Assembly (NCBI RefSeq): GCF_003704095.1
Contig: NW_020846178.1
Coordinates: 62,001-126,000, forward strand
DNA: 64,000 nucleotides
Source: Pocillopora damicornis
Lineage: Eukaryota
Reading direction: 5' to 3'
Shown here in pieces: positions 1 through 14,514 of the stretch. A program made the translations under genes and the position numbers. The notes under the pieces are model-generated. The model did not search any database. It was not told the DNA's origin and worked only from the letters and a program-made list of their open reading frames with translations. Within the stretch, counting starts at the first letter, position 1, and every line of letters begins with the position of its first letter.

Positions 1-3000
1 CGCGTGCTTGATTGACTTTGTAACATCACAATAGGTTTCTTCAATGTTTTGATCATATTCAAAAGCTAATATTGAAACTTGTTTTCTCGCAGGCAAGTAT
101 CTTTTATGCGGTTTACCGATGTTTCCTATAGTAAGGAAGGGGCCGTAGCTTATTAAAAAAAAAGGTATTCTAGGCAATTAAGTTTTTGGCAGCAGCGACT
201 GACCTCGCGGCCGTAAATAATTGGATGCAAAGTTGCGTTATTTTCTTTAGTGACAACCGAAGAAGCTTTCACACTGGCGTTTTGAAGTTTCCAGTCCTAC
301 TGGATTATCTATAATTTTCAGTTTATCTAAACACATAATTTTGAAAAAGGTGATTTATAGTGTAGTCGAAGGAGCCATTAACACTGACAACACAAATTAT
401 TTACTTTTTCGTGAAAAGGGTAAAAATGTAATAAAAATCCCACTGCCACTGAAGTAAATTGCTAAGCGACACCTTTAAGATTCCTAATCTCGAATACAAA
501 AATACAAATTATCATAAACGTAAGTGTGATCGTCGCAAATACAGCAACGTTTATGAGAGCCACGCACAAAGATTGCTCTTTCTAAGAGAAAATAAAACAA
601 AGAAATACAAGTTATTCCTTTGCCAAGAACGCGTAGCCTAGTAACTGCACAAGCGATACCGTAGTATTCGGATTAGATCATAAATTTCGCAATTTGTCGC
701 GGCGCGCTTGGGTTGGTTTCATACTGACAGTGTTTATATTTTTCTGACAACAGTGTAACTGAAAATTAAGGAAGCTATCATTGTAAACTAGTATAAATTG
801 AACAACAAACTTGTGCCTTGCTGGTGGACGTGATCATTGCCTTGGAAGAGGTGTAATTATATCACTCTTAAAAAGAACCGCTCCGTAGGCGCATAGACGG
901 TATAATTTACCGTATTTCACAGATGTAAAAAATTGAACAATAACCTTCATCAATTGACAAGCCCTTGTCAGTCGAAAGCCACGCGTACAGCGGTAAAGAA
1001 CTCCATGATCATCTGGATACAATGAGAAGGCGAATCTATCTTGGCATCGTTTTATTCAAGTTGTTGGACCACCCCCTCTATTTACATAAAAAGGGACAGT
1101 CGGCACAACCAGCGAATGGCAAAGTGGCTAGCAACGTCTTGATGTTTTATGCATTTGAAAAGAAGCTATTTTTTCTTTTCTCTCGGGATATGAGATGGGC
1201 GGGATATATACACCACTTATGCGATGTTACTTACTAGCAAATCGCTTGAGCTCATCAAATTTAAGTTTGATTAATTTTCCTCGAAAAATCAGCAAAGTGC
1301 ACAAGCAAAAAAAATCAGACTTTTTGATATATATTTTAAAAAATGGACAATTGTTCCATTTACTGAAGTAAATCTCCAAGCAAACACGAATATTTTTATT
1401 GTCCAGAGAACTGACACACAAAGATGATTTTTTACCTTATAATACATTATTTCATATTTCCAGAACAGTCCGGCTAAAATCACTTGTCATATGCGAAGAA
1501 ACTTGGATTGAAAAATTACTTAGTGATGAAAGAAGATTGTAAGCGTTGACTTTATTACGCAGAATATAGGTCAACAACACATCAATTGCATTTAATTCAG
1601 GGATAAAAACACCTTCAAAGATTAAAAAAAAACCTAAAAAATTTCGTAGAAAAAAACAAATAACATACCGAAAGGGTAAAAAAATTCATTCGTGACACAA
1701 AATCCATTTTCAAGATAGTAACAACAAAGAATTGTGTTCGCGCTGTCATTGGTGATATGATTACGACTTGGTCGCTAAGTAAGTAATACGCTTAACCCTC
1801 TTTGAGGTTTATCGGATTTGGTCGTCATGTAAGCGAGCGACCTAGTAATAGCAGAAAATGGTATTAAAGTTTAGTCAGGGCACATTTAAAATTCTTTGTT
1901 GTTATTTTTCAGGAGCATAGTTGTAAGCTTAAAGTACTTTGTTGCCCAGTTCTTATGCTTACGGCCAGCACCCCATTCCTTGTCATTTGCTGGCGGTAAG
2001 CAACTGCCTTCATCCATTTCAAACAGCCATGTGATTGTTGAACCTTCCCACTGGTTGTTGTTGTTGTTGTATTTTTTTTTAAATGTCATTCTTGCGCACA
2101 TCCTATTAGAGACTTACAGCGATATCAATTTCGATCGTAATTGAAAGCTGGATTTGTTTTGGAATGTTGTAAACTAAGTAACAATATCCACCCTTGTTTC
2201 GTTCTTCATTTATTCAGCCCTTCGCTTGTTCGTTAGGTCAAAATTAGTTCTTCCATTTAAAAACCTATAAATCTTCCAATCCGGCGCAAAGAAGAGAGTT
2301 TCTTGAGCGAACAAGGAGAACATTTGGAAATATGCGTTTGTAATGTATCTGTATACACGAATATGTATGAAGGAATTCGCAGTTTCTTTTCTTCATCATC
2401 AAAGCATATCTATAACTGGTAGCTAAACCTTACGTACGCACTTAAAATCTGATAAACGAGGAGACGAGGAAGTGGTCTCTAACCTAGTATGACTTCATGT
2501 TCTCACAAGCATATCGAAAAAGAAAAGTGGAAACAACATATGGTATTAATCTTGCTAAAGGGTGTGATAGGTTATACAAGAGATAACGCTGATCAAAGGT
2601 GTCTCGACTCCGCTTTTTCTTCAGGCTGGGTGCATGCGTGGTGTGCTTGTATTCATAACAACTGATGCTCATCTGTTTATACACCGCACCGGCAAACTTT
2701 GTGCTTCACGTTTCTTCCTGTAGCTCTTAAGATCAGACATTCCTTAAATCTTCGCGAAAGATATTATTGATATTACTGATCATAAACGACAGGAAAGACT
2801 GAGGTTAAGATCATCGTATTGTTCCTTCTCTTCTGAAAGTAAATTTACTCCTTCGGATTGATATAAGCTATTTGGAAGGAAAAAAAGTTCCGGACTTTGT
2901 CGCTCAGCGGTACTGAGTAAGTAAGAATAATTTAAGGTTGCTCTGTCAAAATTAATCCGCCAATTCCTTCAGAATTGAATCGCCAATTCTTCGGGAAAGG

Positions 3001-5820
3001 GAGCAAAGAAGAAACCTGTTTCACGATGACAGAGGAGAAAAATACCAAACACTTTGATTTCATTTACTCTGGCAGATGCAAGCTGGCAGAAGAAACACGG
3101 CGCTTGAGCCATAACATCTGACTATTTGAATAAGAAATGAAAAACGAGATGAAAAACTGTCGCATTAAGCACGTTGGGTGGTTAGCAAAAACATACCGTG
3201 GTCTGGTGGTTGTATTTCTTTAATACGGTATGAGCATAGGTGTTTTTCTGTCCCTATGTTTCTGAATAAGTTAAAGATTTCAAATAAAATCAAAATCGGG
3301 AGACATAAATTAAGAGTTCCTGCTGGCGAAGGTAAGAAATTTCGAACACGAAGGAGCAACCTTCACATCGAGTTTTCAACTCCTCTCAACGAACGCAATC
3401 TACCGCTCAATAGACGAATAACCTAAACAAATTTCACGGTTCAAAACTGGGAGAAAGTCAGCGGAACCATTCTTTTAAGTCAAAACCTGTATAAAGTTGA
3501 AGTTCGATTTACGACCCAACAAGTAGCGCTTAACGAGAAACACCGTTCTTGAAAATATTCCAACTTAAAAGATTCACGCCGTATCATGATGACTCGTCTT
3601 TCTTGAAGCTCAACTGCTATGGAAATTAAAGGTCAATTTTCTGTCAAATATTCCTTTTAGTCTCACGAATACGCAAGAATAGAGATAAAAAGGGAAGACC
3701 ACATCATAATCTCAAAAAAGTTAGGTTACAGTCCGTGTTCATTAAATTAAAAGTCATGAAACACCCCCGTTGAACACTTTGAAAAGGATAAAAATTGGTT
3801 GACTGTAGTTGTATTTTGCATAAAGTAAGAGATTTTGAAAAGTCGCTTATTAAATATGCGAACAGGAAATAGGCCATTGTTCACAACTGACTAAAGCGAC
3901 AACCTGGCTTTGCCAGAGTAATGCGCATAGGTAAATTAACGATTACGATGAAATGCGCACCATAAAAACTCAATGAATAAAAATGGCTCATTCCACGAAA
4001 TGGGCCGTTTTTTGCCACACTTTCGACAAATCCAAGCCAGTAGCGTTGTCAGAGCGAAGATTTATTTCAACACAAGTCTTAAAGATTTCGTACTTGTCCA
4101 ATTTAGAAAATATACGAGTGTCGATGCCAATTCGATTCATGACACGCTTGTAAAACGTTCTTTGGGCCCACACTGAAACAAAACATAATTAAATAGAAAC
4201 GATAGCGGTCGGTGAAGATTCAAAACACACAATCTCTTCAAGATCTAACCAACTATGTTAGTTGACTACAACAATATTAGGAGAACGTAAACAAGCTTTC
4301 ACAGGTTGGAGTTGAGTCCATTTCAAATTGAGATCGAATTCGATTCACATCGTTGAGTACACGTTTGGGTATCAGGGCTTACATTAAGTTACCTCTTGCG
4401 TGCCTTCCAAGTGATTCAAAGACATCAGCTGCGACAACGATCATATTAATCTTGTAATAACCACATAAAATCAAAGTTCTCCTCCCCTCAGGTGGACACC
4501 AAACATTTGATTTCAGTGCTAATACACAAGGCATACCTTTTGTTTGGGAGCCACCATTCACAAATGCGACCGCTGCGGCCAATGAACAAAGCCCTTGATC
4601 AAATAGGCTTTCAAAGTTTTTCAAAAGACAAGGAATCAACGCTTGGCTGATATTGTGACAGCGATTGTAATCGAGCAATCTTCGCCTTGATGCTAATGAG
4701 GCGAGATTTTGGTACAAAGAAAAGCTACATAGTGACTTTTTTGCTGTTAACACTAAACGGCTTGATTATAATTGCATTGCAAAAAGTTACCCTCGAATGC
4801 TTAGGTGCGAGAGAAGAATCCGTCGATTTAATGTTCCGTTAGAAAATAATTTTTCGATTCGATTTCAATTTTCACATGCACAAAGAGGTTAATTACAAAG
4901 CACTTAAACAATTACTTGAATTCTTTCCACCTTGTTAACTTTTTGACTTTCTCGTATTGTTTACCTTTTCTCATTCTGTTCCCCAGAGCTTACCTTAATC
5001 GAGAGAGGTAAAAAATAATCCATACAAAACAGTTAATTGAATATCACTTTCATGACGTGAAACGGAGCATCATAAAAATAGCTGGTGAAAATCTGTTGAT
5101 ATTCAATATCAGGTGAACTTTCATTTTCACACGATATTTATCCAGTTTGAATAACTTGAGGGTTTTGCTTCCTTGAGCTTTTTCAGAGTTAAGCAGATAC
5201 ATGTAAATTTGTGTAAGCACAAATACTATGTTTTTTAGAAGCGGGTTCTGGTCAGTTATCTTTGAGGTGTACAATATCATTCCCAAAAATTATGAACACC
5301 TTAATTCTCCTTACTCCTTTCTCCTCTTCGCCAATGGGTGGACAATGAGAATTAGACTAGTTATCAACTGAAGAATGACATTATGGACTGGAATATCAAC
5401 TTCTCATCAGCAGATAACAAAAAATTGGTTTGCCATTTGTTGGGAGAGTTTAAAACCAGTGCACTTTGTCTCCGCCATCCTTTCTCGAAATAACAATAAA
5501 TTATCGCAACTACAAGTTTTGTTATTCATTTAACAGTAATTACATTACCATCCAGCAAATCACTCAAAACATATGTTGTTAATCAATTTAACGACACATG
5601 ATTTTGTTTGATCTTCCTAAACAAAGATAGACTACGAGCTATCCCTTCTTTACGCCGAAGTCCGTCGTGCGATTAAGAAAAAAAATCATTAAAAAAAATA
5701 ATAAATAAATAAATAAATTGATGTTAGCGCGCCGTGCGGAACAATGGGAGTGAGGCGCACGAAAAGTTCTGCGCAGCGCGCTTAGATCAATTTTTTTCTC
5801 TGAATTTTACACTCGCGCGA

Positions 5821-5886
5821 TGGATATTGTATTGATAACGTAAGGAGAAAATCTGTCATGGTCACACATGGGAGTTAAATGGTTAA
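5821..5886. mobile_element. Truncated right end of the piggyBac-like MITE
   Basis: GATATTGTATTGATAACGTAAGGAGAAAATCTGTCATGGTCACACATGGGAGTTAAATGGTTAA matches the 3' end of the 14312 and 50582 copies. Confidence 0.7.
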
Positions 5887-8311
5887 ACAATCGGTGTGCT
5901 CGTTGTAGTTTGCACTGAGAACCAATTACTTCTTGGAATTGAAGTGCAACCTTCATGAAGGATTTATCTGAATATCAACGGACCCATGTCTCTTCACTCA
6001 TACACAGTCTTAAATGAGAGTTGAAAGTAGCTCGATGTCTACGACGCAGTGTATAGGACAGAAAATTTCCAATCATAAATGTATTTCATTTCTACCCTGA
6101 CTTTCAAGAAAAACAGAAGTTTACAAAAAGTCCGCGTGAAAACAGACTTTTGCGAGCGAACCAATGATTGACCAAGACTGTGATTGTAATTTCACTTCGA
6201 ATGCACTTGCTGATCTTTGCGGATAATCTGTCTGTCCCAGACGAAACTAGTTGTAATATGAGATCTTACTCCTCTTATTTGTAATCTAATGCAGTGGGGT
6301 GACATAACGATATCGAGAGGAGATCGAGGATAATACCATGTTGTCAATTGCAATGACTCTGCGTAAATCTTGTTCCTCTATCACTGAAGTGGAACAGTAA
6401 TATGCAATTTTTTCAAAACATCATCTCGACTTGCGGAGTTTCATCCCACGACCAAGCAAAACAAGCTCTCTTTCAAAGGAACCTAATGATTTCCCGGAAC
6501 ATATCCAGAGAACCGGAGGAAATAAGGTTAATTCGTATCAAATGAAAGAAGCAAAGAGCTTATTCGTGCATCATTTCAGCCAAATGCAACAACTGTGGCG
6601 TATTTGATGAGTGGCTTTTTCTAACACCTAGCAATAATACATGTTATTTTCATAATTGCCTGTATTTTCACCGAATTTCAAAGGATTAGTCATCATTTAA
6701 TTAATTTGGTCCCAATGATTACGGGTAGGTAACTACGCCGGGCATAATTAGACGCCTCTCAGCGGTAGCATATCGAGTTCAAAATAGCAACAATTTATGC
6801 GGAGCACAACAAAAGTTCTTTTTGCGAGAAAACGCAAAGTGCAATTAGGTCAAGAATAACTTCCGTTTTAGTTAAAATACTACAAGTCTCCATGGAGATT
6901 GGTGATGTGACGTCAAACATCACGTGTGCAACAGGTTACTTGTATTGTTTTCAAGCTTTCTTGGCATTTCCTTTCAGGAAGCTCTCAGGAAGCAGACGAA
7001 ATTTGCAATAAAACAGAGATGTCTGGTTATATTAAAACATGCAATAGACTAAACTGAATATTACAACCTGTTAATTACTTGTTACTGAACGGCAATGATG
7101 TCATCAAGTCAGCTTAGATTTTAAAGTTTGCGCTTTATGAGGCGATAGTGTAATGCGCGCGGAACGAATCGCTAAAAGAGTGGTCGACTTAAAACCTTAA
7201 TTCCCGTTGTGATGGACAAAATGAAAGCTCATTTCCGGTGAAACTCGACAAGCGGGAGATACACAGATTGAAACATCACTAACAACGATGAATTCATTAG
7301 CCGATTGAAAATAAGAAGAAGCGTTTTAATTACTCCTAGCAAAGATTTGCGTTGGTATTTAAAGCGAGCCGTTCTGTGGCTTTAAAGAACGGTTATCTAT
7401 CCTAGGAATCTTTACTTTGCCGACGTTAAAATCTGTCATTCACCCTCTCGGATAATAATTGTCTCCTTCTTGGGTCTCCAATCTGTTCGATAACCCAATT
7501 TCACTGGTGCTGGCCTCCAAGTACCGTCTGATTCAGAAACAGGTAATTGATAGAGATCAAATAAAACAACTTAGACCAATGTGTATGTGGGCAACTTTGT
7601 AGTGCATCATAATTTGTTCTAATCAATTACCAGCTATTTGTCCTTTCGTTTATATTCAGAGCAAACAGCACCATCACAAACATTACCGATCTTAATAATT
7701 AAATACCTTTTTTTAATAGTCAAGTCTCTAATGGTTTTCCAACCGCACTGTCGCACTTTTTTAATTGATAAGGAGACGTTTAAAGGGTTTCTTATCAAAA
7801 TTAGGCGTTTCGCACGATTTATTTTGACGCGAAGTTTACCCACTTGTAAGAAAATGGCTCTGTGACCCACAAGGGGCGGGAATATTTTAACCTGGTGCTC
7901 TACGCCAAATAAACTTGAAAGCAATGAGGCGAAAGATCCGTTGGTTTTTTCTCTGACTGATATCTAGGGATAACCTGAATTCAGGCGCAGGTAGTAAGCA
8001 AGTGTAATCTATAGTCTTATTGGACGGGCGCGTTTCACTGGGGGTGTTACCGTGCTCGTTACACAGAGATCAGCGAATATAAACTGTAGTAACTCACCTG
8101 TAGTCACTGGATCTACCCTGACTCAAGGCAAAGGTCCTTTGCTCATTGAAGACCACGTGGTCGGCTACGGCTTTAATAGAGCTACACAAGCGTGATAAAG
8201 AAACGTAAAGAAAGCCAGGGCCTTTAACGTTGAATGTTCGCCATGGCTCAGCGGCGCGGCGCAGATTGTATGTTTTGAGCAACATCAAATGAGCATCGAC
8301 ATCATTTCCTG

Positions 8312-9220
8312 TTTGGTTGTTCGCGTGACTCCCGGGGGACATACGAAGCTCGGAATATCTGTGAAAGCCAATGAAATGCGCTGGCAACTCAACTTGAGCC
8401 TTTTCAGGGTGATTTTTATTTTTCTGGTTCAAATTAAACTTGAGAAGCTTTGTGTTGTTGTTGTGAGGTGTAATAGCGCTACAGGATTAACCAAAGTACA
8501 CGAGGCAGCGCATTTTTGATACTCGTAAGTTGATTACCTTCGAACCCATCAAAGAAATAAAACCAAGCTTAACCCGTGGAGGCATCTGCCATGCCAGATG
8601 TTTCTCTGTACATGCAGCATCTTACATACCGTGCGTCACTGATTTGTCAACAAACGCTGTTTTAACTTTGCGGAACTAACGTAAGGTCTTGATGTTCCAA
8701 GAAATACCGAAGCCAATAGGAGGATTCCCAACCACAATACTGACCGAGTGGAAAGACTGCCGAAGGCTTTCAAGGAAGAAATAATTGATTTGGCTCAATT
8801 TGGAGGATAAGTAGCTTGATAAGGTAGAATCAAATGCTGTCATTTAGTCATTCTTATAACTTAACATCTGACATTTGACATCCAGCACTTTTCAATAGTT
8901 TCGTCTCAGTATTATTTGGTCAATTTCTGTTATAAAGTCAAGCTACATTTTTAAATATATGGCAAGTTGCGTGTTCCAACTTTCTGGCTAAGATAATACT
9001 AACTTCTATTCAAACTGCTCATTTTATTACTGAAACAAAGTTTTTTGACAGAAAAAAGTAGGGTTGCCCTGTGTGGAATATGGACACATGAAACACTCCT
9101 CAGTCTTTATAACTTCACCCTTCGTCACGAATTGTCGAAACTACGCTAAATGTTTCGATAAAATATTAACTGTTAATTATCTAAAATGCTGAGTAAATAA
9201 AATGTCATTTTTTTCCTTTC
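8312..9220 (+). repeat. Far-upstream duplicated block; copies at 44355-44841 (+) and about 21265-21865 (-)
   Basis: Near-identical CGGGGGACATACGAAGCTCGG...CCGAGTGGAAAGACTG sequence. 9915-10125 also recurs at about 21050-21255 (-). Confidence 0.85.
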
Positions 9221-10960
9221 AACAGATTACGAGCAGTCCTAAACTGTAAGCTTAGTCCATCGCGTGAGACAAACATAATCAGCAGAAAAAAATTTATAAT
9301 GATGAGATGAGCCATGGAAAATGTTTTTTCTTTTTAAACGCCGTTTACATTTCACTCACGCCATGGACTAAGCTAAGAAAACTAGGAAGGTGTAAGATTA
9401 TCTTTTCAGTCAATGGTTTGATTTGTTTGTCTACAGTCCAGCGTCCTGTTTCATTTGATTTGATTTCACTTCGCCTATCATAATCCAACAATAATCAGGC
9501 TGGTTAGTGTGGATAACAATGATTTTGAGAAAATTGCCAGTTGATCGTTAGGGAATGAGTATAAACGTAGCGTAGTAATATAATTTGAGTTGCGTGTGAC
9601 CGTGTTGGAGTCCTGTCATGCTCAGGAAATCATTTTTATGGGAACAAATAATCCGTCCGCCATTACTTCACGCATCAGTCACGCGACACTCTTAGGAGAG
9701 GGGGGAAGCAGTATTTTACAGTAGGAGGGTCATATACTGGCGTCCTATTGACATTCCACTGCAAGANNNNNNNNNNNNNNNNNNNNNNNNNNNNNNNNNN
9801 NNNNNNNNNNNNNNNNNNNNNNNNNNNNNNNNNNTCGCTTTTCTTTTGTGCACTCTAATATAAAATCATACTGAAGTGGACTTTTTCATCACGTGGCTTA
9901 AAAACTTTTCGCGGTCGCGTCATTATGGTCAGATCATGACGCACAAACCTTGTTTGATTCAAATGCACGTGGTGCGCAGAAAGGAATACCGCGTCTTTGG
10001 CAGCCTGAGCTAACATCAAAAAATACCACCTTATGTATTATTAAATAGACAATTTAAAGAGATTTGACGAGTATTACATGCATTTTGCACTAATCTGCGA
10101 TAAGCAGGAAAACGATTAGAGGCCAAAGAGATTGCAGGATACCTTCAGTACATGCAAACGTTGTCTATTTTATTATTATTTATTTTCCACAAGAATGTGG
10201 TATTTCCTTTTCCCAGTTTACTTGTAAGTTTATCTTTCCAAACCTGCCACCTAAATTTTTTTGTCGGTTGACGAACAATCTTAATATTCAGGCCTATGTT
10301 GTATCCGGTTTCCTCAGTCGCTTTTAGCAGCCTTCTTTCTACGTTGGAAAAACTCAAAAGTATAATGAGTTGGTTTATCTTATGCCACAGATGGTAGAAT
10401 CCAAATTGACTTTGGCCCTCAGCTGAACCGCACGACTGCTAAGAAATATGGGAAATGTTTGGATTGTGAGAAAGACCAACTTACTGGCCGAAAATTTTGA
10501 AGACGCTGGAAACGTAGATAACAGCATAACTCTATATTGAGTGGTCGTTGTCTGATGAGAGAAACTCACGCAAACGCTGACTGTGACAACGTTACGATTA
10601 TCCATGCAGCTAGCGCGTGACCGATGATAACTCATTGGGCCTTCTACTGCCGAGGTTCAGACATCAACTCTCTACACTGTTATTTGCAGAAAAAAAATAT
10701 GGCACAATCTTCTTAGCTTCATGTTATTTTGCAAATAATTAGACATCATTTGTATTTGTGGTTTAGAATAGTTTGCCTCCTTATTAGCCATGTGTCCTAG
10801 AGCAGAAACAAACACTTGAAGTAATGTAGGATTAATCATAGGCTAATCGGTTTAAGTACCTCTTGTACCCAAGCATATTGAGTAATGGCTTAGTGATTCG
10901 TTTTAATTTTGCTTTCTTTTTCGAATTTTCTCCCTGTTTAGAAATACTTCATAATCAGCC

Positions 10961-12612
10961 ATGGAGTCCCGTCTCGAGTTTCGATTCGGTATTGATTTAG
11001 TGGAAGCTGCTCTTGCTCAACGCCAGTTCTTGATGCTCGTTGATGATCATTAAAATTTACATGCCGGTCCACACGTTAAAAGGTATGCTTTGTTCCTTTC
11101 ATGGACACTACTGAACGAGGAATTCTCGAGAAGAAGACTAATGGTATACACGCAATATGGTTTTGTGACGAAATATACTACTTTGCTATTTTCCCAGTCC
11201 AGAATTTGATACTCTCGACGAACTTTGCTCAAGACTGAAATTCCCACCAGGGAGGCGTAAAATGATTCAGAAGCTTGTAAATGTAAAGCGAAAGAACTTA
11301 GTGAACAAGTGAGAGAGAGTTAGTTGGTTTCGATCCTCCTTTCATTTTTCGTCCCCGGTTCTGTCTCTCTTGAGTATTCAATCCTAATAGGGCTCTTTTT
11401 ATCTAAAGGCAAAACTTCCCTCGGTTTTTTTCTTTTTTTAATTTTTTGTTCACCCGATTCTCTCTTGGGAAGTCAATCGAGGGCTGTTGTTATCTGAGGA
11501 CAGAAAATTTAATTTTTTTCCTTGAGTCTCTTTTGGCGTGTGTTTTAGAAGCTGTTCCTTAATCACCGAGCATTTCTTCGCGACATCTCAACCATGCTAA
11601 AGAATGAATTGTGATCTTTGGTTGAAGATCATGAAAATTTGAGCGTAATCGATACGCTCTTAGCCTAATATGTACAATTGCTTTTGTAAGGTAAAGCTCA
11701 TCGTGGGTTCATAACAAGCACTCTTGCCTTACCCACTTCTATTTCCTTTAGATATGAACTTCTCTGGTTGCCTTTGCTAGCTCAGTATGTCACTCGTATC
11801 AAGAAATGGTCTATTGCTTTGGGTGTGGCATGTGCACATGCTGTCCCCTGTCGATTACCTGAGAGACTGCAATTAAATTGTCTCTACTCGGTAGGAACAC
11901 AACATAATCCAAGAGCTACGCCAGAAAGGGCTTATAAAGGCCAGGCCCCGTTCGTTCGAAAGTTGGATAACGCTATCCACCGGATAAATTTTTATCGGGG
12001 GTATAGTGCAGTACGTTTTGCTTTCACTTATCTGCTGAATAGCAATGTATCCGTTAAATAGCGTTATCTGCCCTTTGAATAACTAGGCCCAGGGCCCTTT
12101 GGGGAGATCTGGATCCTGAGGAACCTTTCAAAGTTGAACTGACGGCCCCTGTTGATAAGGCACCAGATTTCAAATCGAGAATTGAGTATGACATCGAGGC
12201 TGCTTGTGCTCGACAGAGGGTTTTTAATTATCAGGTGTCCTTACCTCATTTTGCGGATAACAAATTCTTGATCGAAGCATTGGAGAGGTATAAATTACAT
12301 CTTCATCTAAAGCAGTAAAATTCAGAAATGTGTTTTGTACCGTGCTATGACTTTGACCTTATTTAATGGCATATCAGGTTAATCCTGGGTAAAGTATTCG
12401 ATCACAATAATGATTCGATTGAACAACCGACAGCCAGGGTCAAAACTAGGCAAGTAACACGAAAGGAATGGAAAAACCCGGGGCATTAATTTGAACGTAA
12501 TGAAGCCATGTTTCGCAGAGAGCATCCACATGGTTCGCAGAAAGAATCCATTGATTACAGTTTGTATGGAGCTTTTGAGTACACCGTAGACTTGACTATG
12601 TTGGAAGTTGAG
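10961..12612 (+). pseudogene. GRDP-like (DUF1399) copy A, pseudogene; exon 1 10961-11082, exon 2 about 11752-12612, no exon 3
   Basis: ATG GAG TCC CGT... translates MESRLEFRFGIDLVEAALAQRQFL, then in-frame TAA at 11051. GT donor at 11083 and AG acceptor at 11750-11751 match the paralogs. Exon 2 has deletions, stops (e.g. CAG TAA near 12315) and a MITE insertion, and is truncated after TTGGAAGTTGA. Confidence 0.9.
11945..12089. mobile_element. 145-bp MITE with CAG target-site duplication (PIF/Harbinger-like), inserted in exon 2 of copy A
   Basis: Paralogs read AAGGC-CAG-GGCCCT, whereas copy A reads AAGGC-CAG-[element]-CAG-GGCCCT. Imperfect TIRs GCCCCGTTCGTTCGAAAG / CCTTTGAATAACTAGGCC. Confidence 0.85.
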
Positions 12613-12638
12613 TGTCGAAGCAATAAGATTAGAAAATA

Positions 12639-12773
12639 CGGATCAATATCAGTATCTGGGCAACTGCCCACCTACCCCTCCCCTAACCCCAACTTGTTAT
12701 CAATTGTCAACTGACTATTGTTGAGTAAGGGGAGGGGTAGGTGGGCAGCTGCCCAGATACTGATATTGATCCG
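12639..12773. mobile_element. 135-bp MITE with about 46-bp TIRs and 6-bp direct repeat AAAATA
   Basis: CGGATCAATATCAGTATCTGGGCAACTGCCCACCTACCCCTCCCCT and its reverse complement (1 mismatch), flanked by AAAATA at 12633-12638 and 12774-12779. Confidence 0.9.
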
Positions 12774-14311
12774 AAAATACAAGTATACACATGGGGAGGT
12801 GACGAATAGCTATTCACAAAACAATTCAAAAATTATTGGACGGTGTTGAGCGCAATATTTGTTTTTGGTGAGCTGGTCCATAATGATTTATCTGTGAGAT
12901 ACTGGCAGAACACAATGATTTTATTACTTAATGTCCAATCGTCGCTTTATTTTTCAATAAACGATTTTGTTTTGAAATAGTTCACATTCTGAGACCTTGT
13001 TGGTTTGAGAAAATAAAAATACAAACTAGTTAAGTTTACGATTACTGATTTAAGGCAGATCCAGCGATACGAGTTCGCGAGCATCATGACACTAATAGTT
13101 CCTCTACCTCAGCCTGCAAATTCGAGGTTCGGTGAACAACAACTTCCTTTTGCCAAATAGATGAGCCCTGACAAAGGCTAACTCATGCCCTTGATGGCTT
13201 GAATTGCTAAGTAGACGATGACAAACCTTGATATTAAGTGGTTAACGCTTGACAGAAGATAATCAATTCAAAGTTGACGTTGGAAAGGCTGGAATCCATC
13301 TCAGAAAACCAAGGCTCAGGGAAAGGGATTCACACAGGTAACGCGTAAACTTTATTTCTGACTATTTCCTTTCTTATCGTTTTTCTTCCATGCTTCCCGG
13401 AAACTTGAACCAGTTATATCGGGTAATCGCTTATCTTAGCTAAGTTTCTGCTCAGCAGAGTGTTTCAAAATGGCTCTTCGACTCTTTAAAGAACATCTCA
13501 TACAGTTTTTCATGAAGAATGTCAGTTTTGCCTGCATCATCTCGCATTTTTTCACTTTTGCGCAGTAATTTTTAGTAGTTAGTATCAAAGTCAGGGGTCT
13601 TAATATCTGAGCCCTTTGGATAAATACCAATTACTATGTAGTTCTCACCACAGCATAGATTTATTGAAAGTAAATAATCCGAATTCTAAAAGTTTCAATG
13701 TCTGCATATCAGAGACATCCATTTTAGTCGAGGCGCTCTATCTCAATCGATTCGCAGTCAAAAACAGTTTCCAGTTTCTCTTTCAATATATGAATTTTAT
13801 TAATAAAATGAGACATTCAAAGTCAATGCAGAGACAAAACAAATTAAAGAGAGAACAATTATACTTTGTCTGTGTTCAGCTAGTTGTTCACCACAGTAAA
13901 AGTATTTTATATCACCTGTAAATACAGCCATTTTTTCAAGTTTTTTCGCTGTTGATTTGAAAAAATAGAGCTAAAGAGGAGTTTTAAGGTTTTGGGAATT
14001 CGAAACTTGAGCAAAACAAGAGTTCATTTTTCTCAGTAAGTTTACGTATCCGCTACAGCGGAGTCATGCATTAAGTGGCTTGAGCGGGTGGGAAAACAAA
14101 GGGGTCTTTGGTCAGGCCGCACCTGTCACCACGATAAAAGGCTCCCGTATATCAGAAATTACAAAAGACTTAAAAAGATTTAATTCACGGCTGACTAGTT
14201 TTTCATGTACTTTGAAGTTCTCGTCTTAGGAGAGATTTCCTTATAATTCTACTATATTTTGGTCTTCCAATTGATTTATTCTGCAAACGGAAAGGAGATT
14301 CACAGTTTTGA

Positions 14312-14514
14312 CCTTTTAACTCCCAGATCAAATTTGTAATTCTCCTTACTGTCAACCATACAATTCTTATAGAGTTAGTTCAGAGAATTTAATATTGAAT
14401 AAACCTATCATTCCCAAATTGATATTTTTCTATATTCTCATCACGTATCTGGTTGATATTGTATTGATACTGTAAGGAGAAATTCTGTTTTGGTCACTCA
14501 TGGGAGTTAGAGGG
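14312..14514. mobile_element. piggyBac-like MITE (TTAA target; CCYT...AGGG ends)
   Basis: TTGA-CCTTTTAACTCCC...GGGAGTTAGAGGG-TTAA. Paralogous modules (27889, 38045, 51432) have an empty TTAA site. Confidence 0.85.

Noticed and set aside
4379-4753. 124-aa minus ORF and other short ORFs in 1-10 kb and 60-64 kb
   Set aside because: No recognisable domain, non-ATG starts or no supporting exon chain.
8092-8320. Strong minus-strand donor CAG|GTGAGT with an upstream Kozak-like ATG
   Set aside because: The ATG frame stops after 6 codons and no downstream exon could be linked; at most an unverified non-coding exon.
10552-10570. CTGATGA-GA-GAAAC hammerhead-like core
   Set aside because: No room for stem II and no flanking helices.
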